DNA of 48,279 nucleotides from an uncultured Verrucomicrobiota bacterium (GTDB lineage Bacteria; Auribacterota; JABMQX01; JAFGEW01): NCBI GenBank assembly GCA_964449605.1, contig CAYUZG010000001.1, positions 1 to 48,279 of the forward strand, read 5' to 3'. Shown piece by piece: positions 42,108 to 48,279 of this stretch (position 1 is its first letter; each line of letters starts with the position of its first letter). The notes under the pieces were generated by a model. It saw only the letters and a program-made list of their open reading frames with translations, ran no database searches and was not told where the DNA came from. The position numbers and the translations under genes were made by a program.

Positions 42108-43118
42108 CTAGCGCGGCACCCCGGTCGGGACCGCGTCGAGCAGCCGCTCGACGACGTGCACGGGCTCGACGTCCTCGCTGCGGGCGTGGAAGTTGGTAAT
42201 GAGCCGATGCTGGAGCACCGGTTCGGCCACGGCGCGGATGTCGTCGAACGATACCGCGAGGCTGCCGCGCAGGATCGCGTGCGCTTTCGCGCCGAGCGTC
42301 AGGTACTGCGACGCGCGCGGGCTCGCGCCCCAACTGAGGTAGTCCTTGACGAACTCGGGCGCCTCTGGCCGCTCGGGCCGCGTCGCCGACACGAGCCGCA
42401 CGGCGTACTCGATCACCTCGTCGGCGATCGGCACCTGGCGCACAAGGTTCTGCAAGCGGATCACGTCGGCGCCTTTGAGCACCTGCCGCAGCTCGGCCGC
42501 ATACGTCGACGTGGTGGTCTTGACCACCGTGATTTCCTCCTCGACCGACGGGTACTGCACGCGCACGTGGAACATGAACCGGTCGAGCTGCGCCTCCGGC
42601 AGCGGGTAGACGCCCTCGAGCTCGATCGGGTTCTGCGTCGCGATCACGAAGAACGGCAGCTCGAGCGGGTACGTGTTCGTGCCGACGGTCACCTCGTACT
42701 CCTCCATCACCTGGAGCATGGCCGCCTGCGTCTTCGGTGGGGTGCGGTTGATCTCGTCGGCCAGGATGATGTTGGCGAAGATCGGGCCCCGGATGAACTT
42801 CGCCACGCGGTGGCCGGTGCTGACGTCTTCCTCGATCACGTCGGTGCCGGTGATGTCCGACGGCATCAGGTCCGGCGTGAACTGGATCCGGCTGAACTTC
42901 AGGTCGAGCACCTCGGCCATCGTCTTGACCATCATCGTCTTGGCGATGCCCGGCACGCCGACCATGAGCGCGTGCCCGCGGCACAGGATCGCCACGAGCA
43001 ACTGGTCGAGCACACAGCGCTGCCCGATAATCACCTTGCCGACCTCGGCCATCAGCTCGGTCCGCGCCGCGGCGAGCCGTTCGACCGCTTCCTGAATCGT
43101 CTTGCCCGTTTCCGACAT
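42108..43118 (-). CDS. MoxR-family AAA+ ATPase
   Basis: Walker A GVPGIAKT, Walker B ILADEINR, and FTPDLMPSDITGT, which is typical of MoxR. RBS GGAGAG upstream. Confidence 0.9.
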   Translation of the reverse strand: MSETGKTIQEAVERLAAARTELMAEVGKVIIGQRCVLDQLLVAILCRGHALMVGVPGIAKTMMVKTMAEVLDLKFSRIQFTPDLMPSDITGTDVIEEDVSTGHRVAKFIRGPIFANIILADEINRTPPKTQAAMLQVMEEYEVTVGTNTYPLELPFFVIATQNPIELEGVYPLPEAQLDRFMFHVRVQYPSVEEEITVVKTTTSTYAAELRQVLKGADVIRLQNLVRQVPIADEVIEYAVRLVSATRPERPEAPEFVKDYLSWGASPRASQYLTLGAKAHAILRGSLAVSFDDIRAVAEPVLQHRLITNFHARSEDVEPVHVVERLLDAVPTGVPR

Positions 43119-43171
43119 CAGTCTCTCCGTGTGAAATGAACGTGGCGCATCCGTTGCCCGACAGGCACTAG

Positions 43172-43387
43172 CTACAGCCGTGACCGGGCGGCGCGCCGCC
43201 GCGGCCGCCTCGTCTTCGTGTCGCGCAGCACAAGGCCCGTCATCCGGCGCCGCAAGGCCGAGAGCCGGCGCACGTACTCGAGGGTCCGATCGGGATCCTG
43301 CGCCATGAACACGACGGCGACCAGCAACTGCACCTGGACGGTGTGGGTGAGCGCCGCGCCCTCCATCAGACAGTCGTTCAGTCTCAT
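43172..43387 (-). CDS. small hypothetical protein (71 aa, basic C-terminus)
   Basis: AGGAGAGAAGGGG precedes the ATG. It sits between the transglutaminase and MoxR genes on the same strand. No family recognised, and it may be spurious. Confidence 0.3.
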   Translation of the reverse strand: MRLNDCLMEGAALTHTVQVQLLVAVVFMAQDPDRTLEYVRRLSALRRRMTGLVLRDTKTRRPRRRAARSRL

Positions 43388-43418
43388 TGCTACCCCTTCT
43401 CTCCTCCGTAGGGCCGTA

Positions 43419-46127
43419 CTAGTCCGAACGAGGGGGCGACTCCTCGATCAGCACGATGATGCGCCGCTGCGCACGCGCCACCTGCCGGATCAACGCCCGG
43501 AAGGCCGGGTATTGCTCCGGCCCGATCTCCGGCGTGAGCAGCTCAAAGCGGTTGCAGCACACAATCGCTCCCTCGCTATTGACGCTATATGACTCGGTAT
43601 AGGTTCCCAGGTCCGAATTCAGCTCGAGCGGCTCGGGCAGGTTGCGTACCCGGTAGCCCGTGGGCACCGCCAGCGTGATCGTGCCCTCGCGCCGCATCGT
43701 CTGGCCCAGCCGCAGGGGCTGCTCGCGCGCCGGCATCGCCGTGAGGCTGAGCAGCCCGATCTGCTGCAGCGGCGCGCTCAGCACCATCAGGTCGTCGGCG
43801 ATCGCCGCGTAGCCCGGCGCCGTATAGGTCCGCGTGTAGACGACCGCGTCGGCGAGCTCGTCGAGGCCGGCGATCGAGTACGCCTCGAGCGTTGCCCCGG
43901 CGCTGAAGCTGTTCAGCACCTCCTCGAGCGACCGCTGCTGGGTCGCCGCATCGCTGTAGCGGTACTGGTGGCGGAACGTCGTCGCAAACGCGCCCGTGTA
44001 CTCGATGCGCTCTTCAACGCGCAACGTGCCGTCGGCGCCGATCGCGCCGGTGCCCGTGTTGCCCAGGCGATTCTCGTCGGCCGGCTGCACGGGGATCTGC
44101 ATGAACTCGCCCGCCTCCGTGCCCACGACGTACACCGTCCGGCCTTGATCGTTGACCGGGATGTCGCCGAACGCCGTCTCGCCGCCCGTGCTGTCGAGCC
44201 AGTAGCGCGTGCCGTCGATGGTGACCGTGGCGATGGCGTGGTTGAACTGGTCGAGCGTCGGCATGGTCGTCTCGACCGGCGCCATCTCGTCGGTCGGCAC
44301 GAGCACGATGCTGCCCTTGATGCCGGCCACGTCGAGCATCGTCAGCAGCAGCGTCGCCTTGTCCTTGCAGTCGCCGTAGCGGTTCTCGTAGATGCTCGCG
44401 GCGCTGTGCGGCTGGTAGCCGTGCGGGCCGAGCTCGAGGCCCACGTAGCGGATCTTCGAGGCGACGTAGTCGTAGATGGCCCGTGCCTTCTCGAGCTCCG
44501 TGCCGCAGCCGTCGATCACGTCCGCCACCGCCTGCGTGATCGCCTCGTCGGGCTGGCGGGCGTTATCCACAAGCCGGTGGTACCAGTCCCACACCGTTTC
44601 CCACGACGGGATCGACGTGAAAATCAGGCGCGTGCCGAGCACCGCCTCGGACGGCGCGTGCGGCTCCGGCGTCAACGGCGGGATCCGGCGCATCGTGAAC
44701 TCGATCCGCCGGCTGTACTTCTCCTCGGTCTCGGCCGTCTCGACTTCGAAGCCCGGCTCGGCGGGCACCAGCTTCGTGGTGACCCGCTTCGTGAGCGGCA
44801 CGGTCAGCCGGACCCGCACGAGGTCCTGCGGCACGGCCGTCTCGACGGGGAACGTCTTCCAGAACTCCCGGCTCAGGTGCAGGTTGCGACCCGTCTTGAC
44901 GAACGTGTAGTCGAGAATGCAGCCGTCCTCGACCGACGGCATGCTGAAGCGCTTGTAGCGCGACTCGGTGTAGAAAAGCGACGTCGTCGACTTGACGTCC
45001 CGAATCGCCTCCGGGTCGAGCGCGACCACCTCGCCCGTCGGCCGGATCGTCTTGGCCTCCTCGATCTTGAGCGTCTCGGACAGCGTGTTGTAGAAAACGA
45101 TGACCTCCGAGAAGTCGTGGCCGCCCTTATTGAGGATCTTGATCCGGTGCCGCTCGCGGATGCGGTACGTCAGGTCCGTGTTGACCGAGTAGTCGATTTC
45201 TCTGAGCAGCACGATGGCCGGCGGCTTGAGGTCCGCCCAGGCCGAGCCGGCCTCGGCAACCCCCGTTGCATCTTCAGTGGTCGGCACCACCGCCGCCGTC
45301 ACCGTCGGGCCGAGGTGCGTCGCCAGCGCGAGCCGGCCGTCGGCGGTCTCCTCCGTGATCTCACGCGTCCCCTCGCCGTCGCCGTTATCGTCGAGCATCG
45401 CGTGCTCGGTTAGAATGAGGCCGGCCGCCTTGAACTCTTCGGCCACCTTGGCGCAGGCGCGCATGTAGAGCTCGCCGATGGACGGCTGCTCGCCGGCGTT
45501 CGCGCTCGTCTCGAGCACTTCGGCGAACACGCGGCCGAACCGCGTCTTGTTCACCTCGCGATCCGCTTTGGTCGCCGTGACCACAACCCTGTCGGCCCCC
45601 CGTAGCGGCTCCATGAAGTAGCCGCTCACGGGCGTGGCGACGACGACGACGAGCCGCCCGGGGAAATCGGCGAACAGCTCGCCGAACTCCGTGTCCGACA
45701 CGTCACGCCCCGGCAGGTGCACGAAGGCCCGGTCGTCCATCAGCTCGGCGTGCCCGAAGACGAAGACCACGAGCTGATCCTCCGGCCGTGCAGCGGCGCG
45801 CAACCGGGCGACCGTTGCCCGGAGCATCTCGCGCGTCGGCACGCCGTCGGCGCCGTTGCCGACGCGGGCCTCGTCGTCAAACAGGAGCGTGATGTGCTCG
45901 CGCGGATAACCGTACGGGCCGGTAAGCGTCGAAACGAGGCGCTGGGAGGTCTCCCAGAACTCGGCGTGGTGTTTCTGGTCGCCAGCAACGCCACTGATGA
46001 TCAGCGCGCGGTAGGTGCCGACCGGCGCCGCAGCCTCAGGCTGTGCCGAATCGGCCGCCTCAGCGCCGGCCACGACGACCGACGCGGCAAGTATCACCAC
46101 GCCCGCAAGGGCACTACACGCTTTCAT
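43419..46127 (-). CDS. secreted multidomain protein: legumain/C13-like domain (Cys-less) + DUF3857 + transglutaminase-like core (+DUF3858-like)
   Basis: ATG at 46127, with an upstream in-frame TTG at 46130. Signal peptide MKACSALAGVVILAASVVVAGAEA. C13-like segment: LVVFVFGHAE ... RLVVVVATPVSGYF. DUF3857-like segment: YRIRERHRIKILNKGG..FSEVIVFYN. Transglutaminase core: ENRYGDCKDKATLLLTML. Confidence 0.75.
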   Translation of the reverse strand: MKACSALAGVVILAASVVVAGAEAADSAQPEAAAPVGTYRALIISGVAGDQKHHAEFWETSQRLVSTLTGPYGYPREHITLLFDDEARVGNGADGVPTREMLRATVARLRAAARPEDQLVVFVFGHAELMDDRAFVHLPGRDVSDTEFGELFADFPGRLVVVVATPVSGYFMEPLRGADRVVVTATKADREVNKTRFGRVFAEVLETSANAGEQPSIGELYMRACAKVAEEFKAAGLILTEHAMLDDNGDGEGTREITEETADGRLALATHLGPTVTAAVVPTTEDATGVAEAGSAWADLKPPAIVLLREIDYSVNTDLTYRIRERHRIKILNKGGHDFSEVIVFYNTLSETLKIEEAKTIRPTGEVVALDPEAIRDVKSTTSLFYTESRYKRFSMPSVEDGCILDYTFVKTGRNLHLSREFWKTFPVETAVPQDLVRVRLTVPLTKRVTTKLVPAEPGFEVETAETEEKYSRRIEFTMRRIPPLTPEPHAPSEAVLGTRLIFTSIPSWETVWDWYHRLVDNARQPDEAITQAVADVIDGCGTELEKARAIYDYVASKIRYVGLELGPHGYQPHSAASIYENRYGDCKDKATLLLTMLDVAGIKGSIVLVPTDEMAPVETTMPTLDQFNHAIATVTIDGTRYWLDSTGGETAFGDIPVNDQGRTVYVVGTEAGEFMQIPVQPADENRLGNTGTGAIGADGTLRVEERIEYTGAFATTFRHQYRYSDAATQQRSLEEVLNSFSAGATLEAYSIAGLDELADAVVYTRTYTAPGYAAIADDLMVLSAPLQQIGLLSLTAMPAREQPLRLGQTMRREGTITLAVPTGYRVRNLPEPLELNSDLGTYTESYSVNSEGAIVCCNRFELLTPEIGPEQYPAFRALIRQVARAQRRIIVLIEESPPRSD

Positions 46128-46413
46128 CAATGGCGCTGCACGCTCCGTGGCTGGCGAGACAGCCTGCCGGCGTCAGGCTGCAGGCCGGCTGGGGCGGACA
46201 CAAAGGCCGGGCCCCCCGTTGCGTTGTGCTCCGAGGTCGCCAACCATGTAACACGCGCGCGCCGCGCAGGCAAGTCGAAACCTGGGCTAGAACTGTCCCC
46301 AAGATGAAAAACAAGGAGAGGCACCCATCTGGACGCGGGACACATCGAGTATGGCGGGGAAAACAGGAAAATGGGTGCCGAAAAAGGGTGCCTATCCCGG
46401 CTCTTCCTATTCC

Positions 46414-47508
46414 TCAGCCCGCGGTCGCCTCCGCCTCGCCGGAGGCCGCCCGAGACGCCCCGGGCTCGATGTCGGCCACCCCGACGCCGTTGCGGAACAC
46501 GCGCACCTCGCCCGTCGACTCGCTCACGGCGATGGCGATCGAGCCGGGCGCGGCCGCCGTGATCGAGGCCGCCGCATGATGACGCGCCCCGAGCCCCATG
46601 GGCAGCTCGGCCGGCGCGGTCCGCGGCTCCAGGTAGGTGCCGGCCGACTGCACGACGCCCTTCGAGTTGATGATGAACGCGCCGTCGATGGTCGAGAACT
46701 CCTTGATCGTGGCCCGCACCGACGGATCGAGGATCTGCCGCTCCTTCTCCGTGTACCCCTTGAACGGGTTGAGCACCATCTGGCGCACGTGCCCCTTGAG
46801 CTCGCGGATATCGCCGATCACGAAGATGGTGCCCACCGGTTTGCCCTCGCGCCCCTCGTTGGCCAGCTCGAGCGCAAGCTCGAGGACGGTGTCGAAGACC
46901 CCGGCCTTCATCTCTCTGGCGAAGTCGCCGATCCCCGTGGTCGTCATCACCTCGGTCTCGGTGCCCACCTGCATCACCACGATCGTGTCGAGCATCCCCG
47001 CCGCCGGAAGCCCCGAGACGCATACGACCCGGTCGCCGAACCGGAGCAGGTTGCGCGAGGCGGCCATCACCATCGCCACCTTGATCTTGCCCACACGGCC
47101 GACCGGGATGTTGGGCACCTTGAGCAGCTTGCACGCGCGCGCGTCGGGCGGCACGAGATGCTCGACGTCGCTCGCGACGATATAGATGTCGAACGTCCGC
47201 TTCGAGGCGTCGAGCACCCGCATCTGCGGCAGCAGATCGGCCGAGATGAACACGGCGCGCGCACCGAGCTTGTCGGCCATCTCGAGTGCGTGGTCGATCA
47301 CCATGTTCGACAACAGGCCGTCTTCGAGCACGGGCGCGCGCTGCGCACGCGGCCTCGGTGCGCCCCTGCCAGACCCGTCCCCGGCACCGGCCTTGTCGGC
47401 GGACTTCAAGCGACGCCGTTTCGGGCGCGACTCATCCCTCGCGCCGCCCCTGGTCTGAGAACGCCCGGAGCGCGACGGGCCGGCATGCTGTTTGTTCGAA
47501 GCGGTCAT
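46414..47508 (-). CDS. diadenylate-cyclase (DAC/DisA_N) domain protein with a basic N-terminal tail and a regulatory-looking middle domain
   Basis: The track ORF extends to 47589. I prefer the ATG at 47508, which has GGAGGTG upstream. DAC hallmarks: GTIFVIGD, IDGAFIIN, GLGARHHAAASIT, IAIAVSESTGEVRVF. Confidence 0.7.
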   Translation of the reverse strand: MTASNKQHAGPSRSGRSQTRGGARDESRPKRRRLKSADKAGAGDGSGRGAPRPRAQRAPVLEDGLLSNMVIDHALEMADKLGARAVFISADLLPQMRVLDASKRTFDIYIVASDVEHLVPPDARACKLLKVPNIPVGRVGKIKVAMVMAASRNLLRFGDRVVCVSGLPAAGMLDTIVVMQVGTETEVMTTTGIGDFAREMKAGVFDTVLELALELANEGREGKPVGTIFVIGDIRELKGHVRQMVLNPFKGYTEKERQILDPSVRATIKEFSTIDGAFIINSKGVVQSAGTYLEPRTAPAELPMGLGARHHAAASITAAAPGSIAIAVSESTGEVRVFRNGVGVADIEPGASRAASGEAEATAG

Positions 47509-47678
47509 GACTGCCCGAGCACCTCCATCTCCAGTATAGCACAACGGCCCTGTGCACGTTGCGTTCTCGCCGGAGCCCATCGACGGCATGCCTCTTTCGT
47601 TTTCCCTTGACTTTCATCCAGTAAGTGAACAAAAAGCGTACCAAACACCGGGCGCGCCGCTCGGGCGTGCGACACATC

Positions 47679-47707
47679 GGCACACAACGCGCTCGATTCG
47701 GTGTGCC
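47679..47707 (+). promoter_or_regulatory. 7-bp perfect dyad GGCACAC-N15-GTGTGCC, a candidate upstream activator site
   Basis: The two arms lie at 47679-47685 and 47701-47707. The centre is ~113 bp upstream of the sigma54-like -24 element. Confidence 0.3.
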
Positions 47708-47804
47708 AGACTGTCTCATATCGGGGCCTTACGTGCAGGTTGCCCACCCTGGGGTTCGTCTCTAAGAGGCGGCGCCCCAGCATCTTGCGGAGCCATGAAG
47801 GCGT

Positions 47805-47820
47805 TGGCACCGCACTTGCA
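47805..47820 (+). promoter_or_regulatory. sigma54 (RpoN) -24/-12 promoter: TGGCAC-N5-TTGCA
   Basis: The + strand reads TTGGCACCGCACTTGCAC, with GG and GC spaced exactly as in the consensus TGGCAC-N5-TTGCW. It ends 77 nt upstream of the groES start. Confidence 0.5.
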
Positions 47821-47896
47821 CAATCAACGTAGCGCAGACGCTTATCTCTGAGAAGCCTGGAATCGGTTGGATACCCGCCAAAGGAGGAGCGAAGGA

Positions 47897-48190
47897 TTGA
47901 AGACGAAAGTCAAGCCACTGGGCGGCCGCGTGCTGGTCAAGCGGATCGAGGAGACTGAGAGCACCAAGGGCGGCATCATCATCCCCGACAGCGCCAAGGA
48001 GAAGCCCAAGGAAGGCAAGATCGTGGCGCTCGGCACCGGCAAGCTCGACAAGGACGGCAAGAAGGTCGCTTTCAACGTCAAGGTGGGCGACCGGGTGCTC
48101 TTCACCTCGTACGCCGGCACCGAGATCACCGTCGACGATGACGAGTACCTCATCATGAGCGAGGAGGACATCCTCGGCGTCGTCGCCTAA
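47897..48190 (+). CDS. groES: co-chaperonin GroES
   Basis: The track ORF starts at 47867. I prefer the TTG at 47897, 8 nt after AAGGAGGA (47881-47888), which gives a 97-aa product of typical length starting [18 protein letters not shown]. GroES mobile-loop region: [40 protein letters not shown] at the window end is probably the groEL RBS. Confidence 0.9.
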   Translation: MKTKVKPLGGRVLVKRIEETESTKGGIIIPDSAKEKPKEGKIVALGTGKLDKDGKKVAFNVKVGDRVLFTSYAGTEITVDDDEYLIMSEEDILGVVA

Positions 48191-48279
48191 GGCGACGCGT
48201 TGGCTGACGGCGCGTCGGTAGACACGGCGCGTCGGAAGACGCGAGGAACGGAACGGACCCACCAACCACGAGGGAGGAA

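Noticed and set aside
42108-43118. MoxR AAA+ ATPase considered as the sigma54 enhancer-binding protein for the groES promoter.
   Set aside because: It has no GAFTGA loop, no sigma54-interaction domain signature and no DNA-binding HTH. It is a standard MoxR chaperone-like ATPase.
35689-43139. Long + strand ORFs (35689..38541, 38213..41215, 40914..43139, plus 43968..45413) across the MoxR/VWA operon.
   Set aside because: The minus-strand frames encode textbook MoxR, DUF58, VWA, prepilin-like and transglutaminase motifs. The + frames are low-complexity R/E/L/A/D/H-rich antisense translations.
47600-47896. Looked for a CIRCE/HrcA operator (TTAGCACTC-N9-GAGTGCTAA) or a sigma32-type promoter upstream of groES.
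   Set aside because: No match even allowing several mismatches. The only strong promoter-like signal is the sigma54-type element reported above.

Overview
High-GC bacterial window. Its gene content resembles the PVC superphylum or a related candidate phylum: a DUF1559 pseudopilin-like gene, a MoxR/DUF58/VWA operon and a GC-rich palindromic intergenic element. All calls rest on reading the supplied translations and DNA by eye; no database search was run.

Left part (1-9.1 kb): a TPR-like ORF, a tandemly duplicated two-gene membrane-protein module, plsY, a MerR-family regulator with a near-consensus sigma70 promoter, a TPR/M1-aminopeptidase-like protein whose zinc-binding motif is degenerate, a ~490-bp intergenic region full of nested palindromes, and a glycosidase-like gene on the minus strand.

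Centre (9.5-29.9 kb), the main result: a 20.4-kb same-strand, tightly packed array of 14 ORFs plus one gene remnant. It encodes six paralogous secreted proteins sharing an N-terminal (Y/F)YY[LIVW]P motif, of which four are long and clearly homologous along their whole length. It also encodes three tandem secreted TPR paralogues, each built from three ~125-aa modules, two polytopic membrane proteins and one membrane-anchored KLC-like TPR protein. One long paralogue carries a copy of the TPR module inserted in its middle, a Rosetta-stone link between the two families. I recognise no NTPase, enzyme or known secretion, toxin or adhesin signature, so I flag this as a candidate undescribed extracytoplasmic system.

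Right part (29.9-48.3 kb): an M24 peptidase, tyrS, a hypothetical gene, a DUF72 gene, a 12-kb minus-strand operon, a diadenylate-cyclase-domain gene, and groES. The operon runs transglutaminase/DUF3857 with a Cys-less legumain-like domain, small ORF, MoxR, DUF58, DUF1559 pseudopilin-like, VWA/BatA-like, and a 1356-aa coiled-coil membrane protein. groES is preceded by a perfect-core sigma54 (-24/-12) promoter and an upstream dyad.

Many long ORFs on the opposite strands are high-GC antisense artefacts and were rejected.
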